From: a virus
Lineage: Duplodnaviria > Heunggongvirae > Uroviricota > Caudoviricetes
Reading direction: 5' to 3' (one strand)
Length of the DNA: 64,000 bases
IMG/VR virus record: IMGVR_UViG_3300009500_000011
Coordinates: 104,585 to 168,584 of that record
Part shown: in pieces, positions 26,263 to 35,905 of the stretch
How the letters are laid out: each line of letters opens with the position of its first letter
Numbering within the stretch: position 1 is the first letter of the stretch
Position numbers and translations under genes: made by a program
Notes under the pieces: generated by a model
Told to the model about the DNA's origin: nothing
The model's input: only the letters and a program-made list of their open reading frames with translations
Database searches by the model: none

Positions 26263-26742
26263 ATGGATAACAAAGATTTGGTAGTTCATTGTAAGATAAA
26301 ACCTTACGACGTTTATATTGGGCGAAGCAAAGACCCTAAAAAAGGTAAGTGGGGGAATCCTTATTCTCATGAAGAAGGAACCCTTGCCGAATATAAAGTG
26401 GCAACCCGAGAAGAAGCGGTAGAATGTTTTCGTAAATATTTATTAAAAAATGTCGATTTAATGAAACAAATTTTAACCTTAAAAGGTAAAGTTTTGGGAT
26501 GCTGGTGTAAGCCTAAATCTTGTCATGGAGATATTATTGTAGAATTTATTAATAAAATTGACAATGGTGAATCCTTGTGCGATAATTGTGAAGAGGAAGA
26601 TTGTTATTATTGCAATCTTGGTTGTCCTTGGTGTGGACATGCACACAGTTTAGATGGTTCATGTAAAAATTGTTGGTTAGAAGCATGTCAAATAAATGAT
26701 GAAGAAATGCTTCTAAGAATAAAAGATTTAATACCTAAATAA
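26263..26742 (+). CDS. DUF4326-like protein with C-terminal Cys-rich extension
   Basis: KWGNPY ... LGCWCKPKSCHGDII pattern. Confidence 0.45.
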   Translation: MDNKDLVVHCKIKPYDVYIGRSKDPKKGKWGNPYSHEEGTLAEYKVATREEAVECFRKYLLKNVDLMKQILTLKGKVLGCWCKPKSCHGDIIVEFINKIDNGESLCDNCEEEDCYYCNLGCPWCGHAHSLDGSCKNCWLEACQINDEEMLLRIKDLIPK

Positions 26743-26746
26743 AATT

Positions 26747-26833
26747 GGCCGAATGGCGGAATTGGTAGACGCGGCAGACTCAAAATCTGTTGTCCGAAAG
26801 GGCGTGTGGGTTCAAGTCCCACTTTGGCCACCA
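26747..26833 (+). tRNA. tRNA-Leu (anticodon CAA), class II, CCA encoded
   Basis: D-arm tggcggaattggtagacgcg identical to bacterial Leu; loop ctCAAaa; long variable arm. Confidence 0.75.
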
Positions 26834-26862
26834 CAAATTGAATTCTTTAAGAAGAGGAAAAA

Positions 26863-27309
26863 GTGATTAACTTTATTAAAAAGATTTTTAAACTAGGTAG
26901 TACCCAACCGAAGAATATTTCGTCAAATTCAAAACCATCGACAGCGAGTAATTCAATTAATTACAATGTTCATCCCATTGTGATTGAGCGACCTCTTCCG
27001 ACTCCTAAGCCGGTGTATTACGATGATACATCTTCGCAATTAACGAATATGTTGTTAATGGAAGAGATTATTGATTCAAGTTATCAACCTACCACAACGG
27101 TAATTGTAGAACCACCAGCACCTGTTGATAATTACAATAACTATTCGGCACCAGAACCTTCGCCGTCTTCGTCGCCAAGTCCATCATATGATAGCGGTTC
27201 ATCATATTCAGATAGTAGTTATTCGTCGTCTTCTTCATGGTCTTCTTCGTCATATGATAGCGGTAGTAGTAGTTCGTCTTCATCATATGATAGTGGTGGT
27301 GGTTGGTAA
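26863..27309 (+). CDS. Ser/Tyr-rich low-complexity (disordered) protein, GTG start
   Basis: RBS AAGAGGAAAAAGTG; C-terminal SSYDSGSS repeats. Confidence 0.5.
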   Translation: MINFIKKIFKLGSTQPKNISSNSKPSTASNSINYNVHPIVIERPLPTPKPVYYDDTSSQLTNMLLMEEIIDSSYQPTTTVIVEPPAPVDNYNNYSAPEPSPSSSPSPSYDSGSSYSDSSYSSSSSWSSSSYDSGSSSSSSSYDSGGGW

Positions 27310-27320
27310 ATAATAATAAA

Positions 27321-27403
27321 GGGCAAGTGGTGGAACTGGTATACACGTATGTCTAAGAAGCATATGCGAAAGCATGTGGGTTCGAGTCCCACCTTGCCCA
27401 CCA
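27321..27403 (+). tRNA. class II Leu-like tRNA, anticodon read as AAG (A34), CCA encoded
   Basis: acceptor gggcaag/cttgccc; Leu-type D-arm gtggtggaactggtatacac; anticodon stem tatgt/gcata; loop ctAAGaa. Confidence 0.5.
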
Positions 27404-27425
27404 TAATTTAAGGGAATATAAATCT

Positions 27426-27881
27426 TTGATGTTAGATGATTTAATTACGCCACTTAATTCTTTTCAAGAATTAAAAAATATTCTTGAAGAAAATCCTAGA
27501 CTACATTATAGCAAAGGTTATGCAGGTAATATTTCTACGATACCTGGTCCTGTAATTCTTTATCCAATTATTGGTGTGGTTAGAAATAAGGCTAATTGGC
27601 GTTTGATAAATGGCAAAATTTATGGCGGAGAAATTTTAATAAAAGTTTTTGCAGAAGTCGATTATACAACTACTGTTTATCCTTTAGATTATTTACTTGA
27701 TGATTTAAATGAACTTACTCTTGAAGAATTAGCACGACCTATTTTGATTTCTCCATGTAAGAGAAATCAAAATATCGAAGAAGTCACTCTATATGCAGAG
27801 TGTGCAGGAATTTTAACTCGACCAGATGAATTTGATACCAACCTATATTTAGGTTTTGGAAAATTGCCAGAAATCATATAA
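27426..27881 (+). CDS. hypothetical protein
   Basis: ORF track. Confidence 0.5.
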   Translation: MMLDDLITPLNSFQELKNILEENPRLHYSKGYAGNISTIPGPVILYPIIGVVRNKANWRLINGKIYGGEILIKVFAEVDYTTTVYPLDYLLDDLNELTLEELARPILISPCKRNQNIEEVTLYAECAGILTRPDEFDTNLYLGFGKLPEII

Positions 27882-27889
27882 TGAAATTT

Positions 27890-27979
27890 GGGGATATGGT
27901 GAAATTGGTCAGACACAACAGGCTTAAACCCTGTCGGGCGTTATATCCCATGTCGGTTCGAATCCGACTATCCCTACCA
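27890..27979 (+). tRNA. tRNA-Leu (anticodon TAA), class II, CCA encoded
   Basis: acceptor ggggata/tatccct; stem acagg/cctgt; loop ctTAAac; long variable arm. Confidence 0.7.
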
Positions 27980-27987
27980 ATTAAATA

Positions 27988-28155
27988 ATGAAATGCATTG
28001 AAAACACTAAATCCTGTAGTAATATAATTTTTACTTGCAGGATTTGTAATAATAAGAATTGTTTTATTCATTCTAATTTGCTTCATTGGTCAACAATGAA
28101 AGCGATTTGTTTGCATTGTCAAAAGGAAAAGAAGAGTAATGATGCACAATTATAA
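27988..28155 (+). CDS. 55-aa zinc-ribbon protein (two CxxC pairs), overlaps start of next gene
   Basis: CSNIIFTCRIC...CLHC; below track cutoff. Confidence 0.35.
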   Translation: MKCIENTKSCSNIIFTCRICNNKNCFIHSNLLHWSTMKAICLHCQKEKKSNDAQL

Positions 28156-28615
28156 AGTGTCAGAAAAATATTGGGCGCAATTTGATACTGATGAGAAACT
28201 TATAGAATTTGCGTATAGTCGTCTTTTAAAATATTCTTTAAAAGATTTAAATAAATTAGCGCGCGAATGGTTATCCGAGATTGGTGCCATTGAAGGTAAA
28301 GAATTTTATATAGAATATATTATTGAAAATAATATTGATACTGATGATGTTGAATATCATGAACTAGATACACTTGATAAATGGGATTTAGAAGATTACA
28401 TCGTTTCAGATATGTATTTTTATACACCTTCTGATGTTGTTCTTTGGTTAAAAGATACAAATTATTTTAATCTTGATAAAGAAATTCTTCGTAGTGAACT
28501 TATTGCTTTTGTAGAAAATACTTTTAGCGATTTTGATGATTGGCCAGATGAACAATCTATAATTGAAGTGTTCAAGAACCCTAATCAATTAGAATTTAAT
28601 TTTGATGAAATATAA
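28139..28615 (+). CDS. hypothetical acidic protein
   Basis: ORF track. Confidence 0.5.
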   Translation: MMHNYKVSEKYWAQFDTDEKLIEFAYSRLLKYSLKDLNKLAREWLSEIGAIEGKEFYIEYIIENNIDTDDVEYHELDTLDKWDLEDYIVSDMYFYTPSDVVLWLKDTNYFNLDKEILRSELIAFVENTFSDFDDWPDEQSIIEVFKNPNQLEFNFDEI

Positions 28616-28862
28616 AACCATAAAATACTTTGATTGTCAAGATATGCCTGAAAAAGTAAAAGAGGCATTTTTTAATACTTTTGAAATTTTTGAAAAATAT
28701 TATCCAAATAATATCATTATTGAATGGTTTGAAGAATATTCAAAAAGTGGATTTAAAAAACAATTTCCAAATAATGCTGATAATTTAAACAAAGTAAATC
28801 TTTGGTTGAAAAAAAATGGAGCATTACCTGGAGAATTAGTATTAATTAAACATTGGTGGTAA
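28602..28862 (+). CDS. hypothetical protein
   Basis: ORF track. Confidence 0.5.
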   Translation: MMKYKTIKYFDCQDMPEKVKEAFFNTFEIFEKYYPNNIIIEWFEEYSKSGFKKQFPNNADNLNKVNLWLKKNGALPGELVLIKHWW

Positions 28863-28864
28863 AT

Positions 28865-29404
28865 ATGTCTAAAGAAATTTTAACCGTGTATTTAGCCGGT
28901 CGTATAGATGGTATTAGTGCAGATAGAGCAACAAATTGGCGCGATGAAGCATTAAAGTTACTTGCAAAAAATAAATTTGCAGGTCTTTGTCCTATTACTC
29001 ATGGTGTTGATTTAGAACTTAACTCTGGTGTTCCCGCCGATTTGACTAAACCAGAAATACATAATAAAATTTTTGAAATAGATTTAGATTTAATTTTTAG
29101 AAGCGATGCAGTTATTGCAAATATGGAATATATATCGTTTGGAACCGCACAAGAAATATTTTATGCAGATAAAATATTAAATATTCCTGTAATTGCATTT
29201 AATAATAAAAGTTGCACTTCTGCTTTTCTTTATGCAACAACTTACAAAATAGTTGACACATTAGAAGATGCTATTGAAGTGTTAAAAACATTAAATAAAA
29301 AATCAGAAATGTTAACAATTGGTGGTTTAAGAGAAGTTCTTTGGAGTACAAGAGAGACATACGATATTCCTTTAGAAAAACTAAAAAAACGTAATTCTTT
29401 TTAA
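28865..29404 (+). CDS. possible nucleoside 2-deoxyribosyltransferase-like protein
   Basis: N-terminal VYLAGRIDG resembles the YLAGP motif of the family; ATG 28865 with GGTGG RBS. Confidence 0.35.
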   Translation: MSKEILTVYLAGRIDGISADRATNWRDEALKLLAKNKFAGLCPITHGVDLELNSGVPADLTKPEIHNKIFEIDLDLIFRSDAVIANMEYISFGTAQEIFYADKILNIPVIAFNNKSCTSAFLYATTYKIVDTLEDAIEVLKTLNKKSEMLTIGGLREVLWSTRETYDIPLEKLKKRNSF

Positions 29405-29408
29405 AAAT

Positions 29409-29609
29409 ATGGGTTGTTTTGATGACTTTCAAGCATATTATAATGCTATATGTCCTAACTGTGACCCCGATGATATTCATGAAAATTTCGCATCTTTGCA
29501 TCAACGATGTTTTGAATATTACACATCCTTAATAATTATGCGTTTAGATTATGGCCTTCATATGAATATCCTAAATCTTATACTAGGATTAGAAGATTTA
29601 GGATATTAG
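29409..29609 (+). CDS. hypothetical small Cys-containing protein
   Basis: ORF track. Confidence 0.35.
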   Translation: MGCFDDFQAYYNAICPNCDPDDIHENFASLHQRCFEYYTSLIIMRLDYGLHMNILNLILGLEDLGY

Positions 29610-29682
29610 GAACAATTCTCGTTTGACTTTTCTTTCTAAATATGTTATCATATAAGGGTAATATAAAAAAAGGAAAAGAAAA

Positions 29683-30408
29683 ATGATTAATACATATGTT
29701 GTAGGGGACGTACACGGTTGCTACGATTCTCTAATCGAATTACTAGAATTGGTTAATTTTAATGTTGACCGAGATATGTTAATAAGTGTTGGCGACCTTG
29801 TAGATAAGGGTCCAAAAACCAAGGAAGTTTTAGACTTCTTTATGAAGTATGGTTATCCTGTGGTTAGAGGCAATCATGAAGATAAGATTGCTCGTCTTGC
29901 CAAGGGAAACAAGATTAAGATTAACTCTGAAATTCAAGATACTGTTGAACAACTTGGAGAAGGTTGGCAGGAAACGTATGGCCTATTTCTTCAATCAATG
30001 CCATTATATCTTCCGTTTGAAGATGCTTTGGGTAAGGGATATATTGTCCACGGTGGCGTTGCACCAGACCTTCCTATCGAAAGGCAAAGTTCTAATTTCT
30101 TAATGCGTCTTAGAACGTGGCCTTTTGAAGAATATGTACGTGGGGTAGAGGCAACTCAACCTCCTTGGCAGACTGAATATAGAGGTCACTTAGGAACAAT
30201 ACTTCACGGGCATATTCCAAGTGCAGGCGTAATGTATGCAGGTTCTGAAAAGCATGGAAATCCCAATGTATATTCATTGGATGGTGGATGTGTTTACGGG
30301 AATGACCGTCCTTGGGGCGGTAGTCTTCGGGCTATTAAACTTGATACTAGAGAGATTTTCTCTGTTCCCGGTAATCAAGAACAAACAGAACATTATAACA
30401 GTTTGTGA
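29683..30408 (+). CDS. PPP-family Ser/Thr phosphatase (lambda-PPase / ApaH-like)
   Basis: GDVHG; GDLVDKG; GNHE; HGG motifs. Confidence 0.8.
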   Translation: MINTYVVGDVHGCYDSLIELLELVNFNVDRDMLISVGDLVDKGPKTKEVLDFFMKYGYPVVRGNHEDKIARLAKGNKIKINSEIQDTVEQLGEGWQETYGLFLQSMPLYLPFEDALGKGYIVHGGVAPDLPIERQSSNFLMRLRTWPFEEYVRGVEATQPPWQTEYRGHLGTILHGHIPSAGVMYAGSEKHGNPNVYSLDGGCVYGNDRPWGGSLRAIKLDTREIFSVPGNQEQTEHYNSL

Positions 30409-30420
30409 AATAATCACAAA

Positions 30421-30466
30421 TTGACAAAACAATAGCCTACATTGTAATATATGTAGGCTATTATGT
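30421..30466 (+). promoter_or_regulatory. TTGACAAAAC promoter-like element overlapping an 11-bp perfect palindrome (atagcctacat/atgtaggctat)
   Basis: ttgacaaaacaatagcctacattgtaatatatgtaggctat; could be promoter plus operator, or a terminator hairpin for the upstream gene. Confidence 0.4.
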
Positions 30467-30888
30467 TTTCTGAAGAACTTGCCACTTTACCTTTTGGTTT
30501 GAAGATGGCTCAAAAAGTATTTCAAAATACTCCTGATAAAAAGAAGCGGGTAACTGCTTGTTTTGTGAAAGGAGGTTTATTTCTTGCTGACACCAATCAA
30601 TTTAAGACCGACCCTACAGGCCATAAATTGAATAGTCGGGGTTGTCGCCTTCATGCTGAAATGAAAGTTCTAAAAAGACTTCGTTTCCAAGAAACAAATG
30701 GTGGCAAGTTGTTTGTTTATAGAGAAGATATGTCCGGTGCAATTAAAAATGCCAGGCCGTGTCGTGCTTGTAGAAAAATGATAGTAGAATGTGGAATTAA
30801 CACAGTTTACTATACAATAGAAGAAGGATACATAAAAGAGAAGATAAACAACTCAGCAGATTATATAGGCTCAGATAATGAATATTGA
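30463..30888 (+). CDS. dCMP/cytidine deaminase-fold zinc deaminase
   Basis: HAEMKVL ... PCRACRKMI zinc-binding motifs. Confidence 0.75.
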   Translation: MFSEELATLPFGLKMAQKVFQNTPDKKKRVTACFVKGGLFLADTNQFKTDPTGHKLNSRGCRLHAEMKVLKRLRFQETNGGKLFVYREDMSGAIKNARPCRACRKMIVECGINTVYYTIEEGYIKEKINNSADYIGSDNEY

Positions 30889-31186
30889 TGATAAGTGCGA
30901 AACATGCGATGGTAAAGGTACATGGGAAGTACCCTGGGATGAAGTTGATGATGCAACCAAGGCTATGCTTGGTGGCATTGATGACTTGATAAGTAAATTT
31001 CCTGGTTCTAAATTGGGTCCATTAGTTTATAATTGTCCTGATTGTCAACAAACTGGTTCGCAAGCCGTTCGAGAACAATGGTCAATAAATCGTTTAGACC
31101 CTAAAAAACATGAGTATGTTTTTCAATGTACTGATGGTGACCCTTGTTGGGAATGTAAAGCAGAGAAAAAAGAGCATTTAAAATGA
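30878..31186 (+). CDS. Cys-rich zinc-binding protein
   Basis: CETCDGKG ... CPDCQ ... CWEC. Confidence 0.5.
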   Translation: MNIDDKCETCDGKGTWEVPWDEVDDATKAMLGGIDDLISKFPGSKLGPLVYNCPDCQQTGSQAVREQWSINRLDPKKHEYVFQCTDGDPCWECKAEKKEHLK

Positions 31187-32001
31187 TTGATTATACAACA
31201 AAACCGGATTTAGGAAAATTATCTGAATCAGAATTTTTTGATTTAGATAATCCGCCTTTTGATATTCAAAAACATTGTTTATATTCAGTCATATCTGGTT
31301 CAAAAGCATATGGATTAGATACGCCTACAAGCGATACTGATATTCGTGGAGTTGTATATTTACCAGAAAGAATGTTGCTTGGTTTAGGTAGATTTGAACA
31401 AATTGAAAATCAAAGCAAAGATATTTGTTATTACAGTCTACAAAAACTTTTTAATTTGGCATTAAAAAATAATGTTCATGCAATGGAAATGCTTTGGATG
31501 CCAAAAAGAACGGTTAACTTTATACATCCTTTATTTGAGCAAGTTCTAGATAATAAAAATTTATTTATGTCTAAACGCATTGCATATACTTGTGGTGGAT
31601 ATGCTTTCCAACAAGTTAAGGTTGCCTTTACAAAGATGAAAAATAAGACTGGTAGAGTTAGTTTATTAGAACAATTTGGCTATGATACTAAATTTATGAG
31701 TCATAGTATTCGTATTTATAGAATGGCCCGTGAAGCATTAGAAACAGGTTTTCTAAATGTCTATCGACCTGATAGAGAGTTTTTACTTGATGTTAAGGTT
31801 GGTAAATATAAACTTGAAGATATTGTTGTTATGGGTAAAAATTCAGAAGGTAAAGATACTTTTGTTGGTGGATTATTAGCAGAAGAATTGCGACTTTTTA
31901 ATGAAGCACTTGCAAAAACAAAATTACCAACCGACCCTCCTTTCCAAAAAATTGAAAATCTTTTAATTAAAGTTCAAAAAGAAGCTTTATCTTTTAATTA
32001 A
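31183..32001 (+). CDS. Pol-beta superfamily nucleotidyltransferase
   Basis: GSKAYGLDTPTSDTDIRGV (GS...DxD catalytic signature). Confidence 0.55.
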   Translation: MIDYTTKPDLGKLSESEFFDLDNPPFDIQKHCLYSVISGSKAYGLDTPTSDTDIRGVVYLPERMLLGLGRFEQIENQSKDICYYSLQKLFNLALKNNVHAMEMLWMPKRTVNFIHPLFEQVLDNKNLFMSKRIAYTCGGYAFQQVKVAFTKMKNKTGRVSLLEQFGYDTKFMSHSIRIYRMAREALETGFLNVYRPDREFLLDVKVGKYKLEDIVVMGKNSEGKDTFVGGLLAEELRLFNEALAKTKLPTDPPFQKIENLLIKVQKEALSFN

Positions 32002-32003
32002 CC

Positions 32004-32321
32004 ATGCCTTTTTCCCGAATAAATAGTATTTCTGATTTAGAATATCTTCCCAAGTTTAATAAAGCAATTCAACAACGATATAATAAGAATGCTGTTGGAA
32101 TTACTATTTATCATTCTTATTCTGATTTGAATAAACTAGAAATAGTTTTTGATTTCAGAATCGTTAAAAGAGAAAATATTAAATTAATAAAAAGATTACC
32201 TTTTTGTATATTGAAGGATAATTGTGCAAAAACAGCCAATTTAGTTTCTTTTGTAGACGAAGCAAGAGAAGAATTAGAACAGAATTTCTTTGAGAAAGCA
32301 CATTTTAGTGTATTTGAGTAA
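32004..32321 (+). CDS. hypothetical protein
   Basis: ORF track. Confidence 0.5.
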   Translation: MPFSRINSISDLEYLPKFNKAIQQRYNKNAVGITIYHSYSDLNKLEIVFDFRIVKRENIKLIKRLPFCILKDNCAKTANLVSFVDEAREELEQNFFEKAHFSVFE

Positions 32322-33611
32322 TTGATGAGTTTTGATATAACACCAGTAACAACATTTATAAAATCAAATCCTTGGGTAATTGGAGGATTTTCTTTTATCG
32401 CAGGCGGAAGTTTTGTTGCAGCAATAAAAGAAATTCCTATTGCTATTTTTCAAGGTATTCGTCGTCAATGTATTCTTAGTTTAGATATTACTGATGAAAC
32501 AGAATTATATAATATTGTTCTTGAATGGTTAAATGACCATCAATATTCAAAAAAAACAAGACTTGTTACTGCTAATATTGACGACGATGACGACGATGAT
32601 AACAGACCTGGAACAAGTTATTCTTCTAATAAAAAGCAAAATGTTTATAATTTAAAAATGACACCTGCTCCGGGTAATCATTTTATTTGGCATAAACGTA
32701 AATTGATTTGGATGAATAGATATCGTCGTCCCTCTAATGCTGGTAATCACAAAAGTTATGTTCAAGGTTTCGAGATTGTTTGTGTAGGTAGAAATCAGAA
32801 ATTTCTTCGTACTTTTCTTGAAGAAATAATAAAATCTTATGCAGAAAAACATGAAGATAAAATTTCACTTCATGCCAATGTTGATGGAAGTTGGCGTTTG
32901 GTTAAAGAATTACCACAACGTGAACTTTCAAGTGTTATTTTAAAAGAAAATGAAATGGAAAATATTATAAATGATTTAACTGAATTTCAATCTAATGAAG
33001 AATGGTATCATAAATTAGGTATACCCTATCATAGAGGTTATCTTTTATATGGTTTGCCTGGAACAGGAAAATCAAGTTTAATTCAAGTCTTAGCACAAAA
33101 TTTTAAGAAAAATCTGTATGTTATCAATCTATGTGAAAAATATATGAGTGATGCTACATTAACTAATCTTATTTTGAGAATGCCTCATAGTTCTTTTCTA
33201 TTATTAGAAGATATTGATGCTGTTTTTAAATCTAGAGAAGAAATTCAAAATAAAACAGATTATCAAGGTGATGATAGCGAAGTAACCCTTTCTGGTTTGT
33301 TAAATGTATTAGATGGCGTAGTTGCTAAATCTGGTATTATCACATTTATGACAACAAATTATAAAGAAAAATTAGATACAGCATTAATTCGCCCAGGTCG
33401 TATAGACTATGAGTTGGAATTTACTTATGCAGATAAATTTCAGTTTAAAAAAATGTTTGAACGATTTTATCCAAATGCTGGAAAATCAGAAATGACAGAA
33501 CTTTTAAAAATAATTCAAGATAAACAAATGACAATGGCACAAATTCAAATGATTTTCTTAAAGAATAAAGACAATCCAAAAGGCGCAATAAAGGATATTG
33601 CAAAAATATGA
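32322..33611 (+). CDS. BCS1-like AAA+ ATPase with N-terminal transmembrane segment
   Basis: TM helix VIGGFSFIAGGSFVAAI; Walker A RGYLLYGLPGTGKSS typical of BCS1 subfamily; Walker B LLLEDIDA. Confidence 0.7.
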   Translation: MMSFDITPVTTFIKSNPWVIGGFSFIAGGSFVAAIKEIPIAIFQGIRRQCILSLDITDETELYNIVLEWLNDHQYSKKTRLVTANIDDDDDDDNRPGTSYSSNKKQNVYNLKMTPAPGNHFIWHKRKLIWMNRYRRPSNAGNHKSYVQGFEIVCVGRNQKFLRTFLEEIIKSYAEKHEDKISLHANVDGSWRLVKELPQRELSSVILKENEMENIINDLTEFQSNEEWYHKLGIPYHRGYLLYGLPGTGKSSLIQVLAQNFKKNLYVINLCEKYMSDATLTNLILRMPHSSFLLLEDIDAVFKSREEIQNKTDYQGDDSEVTLSGLLNVLDGVVAKSGIITFMTTNYKEKLDTALIRPGRIDYELEFTYADKFQFKKMFERFYPNAGKSEMTELLKIIQDKQMTMAQIQMIFLKNKDNPKGAIKDIAKI

Positions 33612-34465
33612 GCAGAATTTATTTTCATTCACTAGATAAAGAATCAGAAGTTTATGGTTCTGAAAGAGCATATATGGGTCATTTGTGTACAGACTTGGCT
33701 TATAGTGTTTCAGACCTTGATTCGTTCTTTTTTGAAAAATCTCCGATGCTTAAAATTTTAGAAGAATCTAATAATCGTAAATACAACAAAGAAGATGCAA
33801 AAATGGCATTTAATCCATTTAATTCAATGTTTTTTAATATTAACTGGAAGGTCAACGATAGAAATGTAAATCCTTTTGCAGTTGTTTTAAATACAGCAAT
33901 GGCTCTTGGCGGTGATGCCATAAAACTATATGCCAGATTACATGGCCAATGCGAGATTCATGCATATGTTGAAGGAGAATACAGAAGTTGGCTTGCTGAT
34001 ATTATTGATAAAGGCGTCGAATCAAAAATTTTGCGTGTTTTTCCTGAAGATGGCGAAAAAGAATATTTACAAAATCAAAAAAGATTTATTGGATGGAATC
34101 AAGTTTCTAAACATTTAAGAGAAAATAATGTTAATCCTGTTGTAACTTCTTATAGTGTTTGTGAATCTTTTCCCAATTATCAATTTACTTTTGATTATCA
34201 AAATTTAAAAGATAAGTTGTCCAAAAAAGAAGATTTATCAAAAGATAATTTTCACAAGAAAATTGAGGATTGGACTGAAAAGAATTATTATTCATGGTCA
34301 ACAGAAATGCAATGGAGAGAGTGTATGCATTATTTGAGAACATGTGACAACGGATTGAGGGAAATTTGTCCTGAAACTTGGGATAATTTTTATTTTGGAC
34401 CACAAAATGATACTGTTTTTTCAATAATAGAAGAAGTGAATACCGCACAAAAGGAATTAATTTAA
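33608..34465 (+). CDS. hypothetical protein
   Basis: ORF track. Confidence 0.5.
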   Translation: MSRIYFHSLDKESEVYGSERAYMGHLCTDLAYSVSDLDSFFFEKSPMLKILEESNNRKYNKEDAKMAFNPFNSMFFNINWKVNDRNVNPFAVVLNTAMALGGDAIKLYARLHGQCEIHAYVEGEYRSWLADIIDKGVESKILRVFPEDGEKEYLQNQKRFIGWNQVSKHLRENNVNPVVTSYSVCESFPNYQFTFDYQNLKDKLSKKEDLSKDNFHKKIEDWTEKNYYSWSTEMQWRECMHYLRTCDNGLREICPETWDNFYFGPQNDTVFSIIEEVNTAQKELI

Positions 34466-35905
34466 TTGAACAAAATTTACGACCTTATCATTATTGGAAC
34501 TGGCCCAGCAGGTTTTTTCTGTGCAATAGATTTAGTTAGAAAAGGATATACAAATATCCTTATGATTGATAAAGGTTCTCTTCGTACAGGTAAATCAGAC
34601 GAAAATGTGACAGAAGGATGGGCAGGGGCTGGGGCACATTCCGATGGTAAGGTCAATATGACTCATAAAGTCGGAGGAATCTTAGCCGACGTTATTGGGT
34701 TAAAGCGTTTCCATGAGTTATTAGAAAAACAAGACCAAATGTGGCTTGATTTTTCTCCAACAAATGAACAAAAAAAATTACGTCAACAAAAATCTCCTGA
34801 TGCTGATTTAGATGTAAGGTTATTCGTTCCAACTGATGAATCTAAAATTTTAAGAGCTAAAGCCTTAGCAAATCACATGGAACTTGAAACATATCCAATA
34901 AGACATTTGGGCACAGATAATATGTTAGATTCAACTAACAATATGCTCGAATATCTTAAATCTAATGGTGTTGAAGTAGTATTAGAGGCTGAAGTAAAGC
35001 AAATCTGTAAATATAAAAATGAAGAAGAATTTGTAGTAAGAGTTCAAAAAAAAGATAGTTGGTGTGACCCAGAATTTGGAGACTATGAACTTGAACATTA
35101 TGACGGGAAGAATGTTCTTATTGCTACAGGACGCTCTGGGGGGCATTTCTTCCGTGAAACCATGCAATGCTTAGATATTCCTATGTTAAATAATGGCGTT
35201 GATATTGGTGTTCGTGTCGAAGTTCCAAATGAGATTACAGATGGACTCTTAAAAGCCGGTATTTATGAACCTAAAATGCTTTATAGAACACCAACATTTG
35301 ACGATTCCGTTCGCACATTTTGCTGGTGTAATAGTGGATTTGTTGCAATAGAAGAATATCGTGATACCGGAATTAAGACAGTTAATGGTCATTCCTATGC
35401 CGACAAGAAATCTAACAATACAAATTTTGCTTTACTTGTTACAAAAACATTTACTTCGCCATTCGATAACCCACAAGCATATGCAGAATCAGTTTCAAGA
35501 ATGGCCAATCTTTTATCGGGTAATTCTGTTTTAGTTCAAAGATATGGAGATTTTAAAGCAGGTAGACGTACAACAGAAAAAAGATTAAATGAAGGAGCCC
35601 TTGTTCCAACTCTTGATGCAGTACCAGGAGATTTATCTCTTGCTATTCCTTATCGTCAAATGTTGGCAATCGGAGAAATGTTAGAAGCTATGGACAAAGT
35701 TTTACCAGGTATTGCAAGTAAATACACCTTGTTATACGGTATTGAAGCTAAATTCTATAGCAATCGAGTTAATATTGATTCAAATAGTATGACAGAAATT
35801 AAAGGTCTTTATGTTGCTGGAGACGGTTCTGGATGGACAAGAGGGTTAAATCAAGCGGCAATTCAAGGACTTGTTGTTAGTGAAGGAATTTTAAATGCAA
35901 AATAA
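34466..35905 (+). CDS. FAD-dependent oxidoreductase (COG2509-like)
   Basis: N-terminal DLIIIGTGPAGFFCAIDL dinucleotide-binding motif; C-terminal GLYVAGDGSGWTRG. Confidence 0.65.
   Translation: MNKIYDLIIIGTGPAGFFCAIDLVRKGYTNILMIDKGSLRTGKSDENVTEGWAGAGAHSDGKVNMTHKVGGILADVIGLKRFHELLEKQDQMWLDFSPTNEQKKLRQQKSPDADLDVRLFVPTDESKILRAKALANHMELETYPIRHLGTDNMLDSTNNMLEYLKSNGVEVVLEAEVKQICKYKNEEEFVVRVQKKDSWCDPEFGDYELEHYDGKNVLIATGRSGGHFFRETMQCLDIPMLNNGVDIGVRVEVPNEITDGLLKAGIYEPKMLYRTPTFDDSVRTFCWCNSGFVAIEEYRDTGIKTVNGHSYADKKSNNTNFALLVTKTFTSPFDNPQAYAESVSRMANLLSGNSVLVQRYGDFKAGRRTTEKRLNEGALVPTLDAVPGDLSLAIPYRQMLAIGEMLEAMDKVLPGIASKYTLLYGIEAKFYSNRVNIDSNSMTEIKGLYVAGDGSGWTRGLNQAAIQGLVVSEGILNAK

Noticed and set aside
27219-27404. 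Track ORF 27219..27404(-) and 27874..28086(-)
   Set aside because: Overlap tRNA-Leu genes on the opposite strand; no RBS
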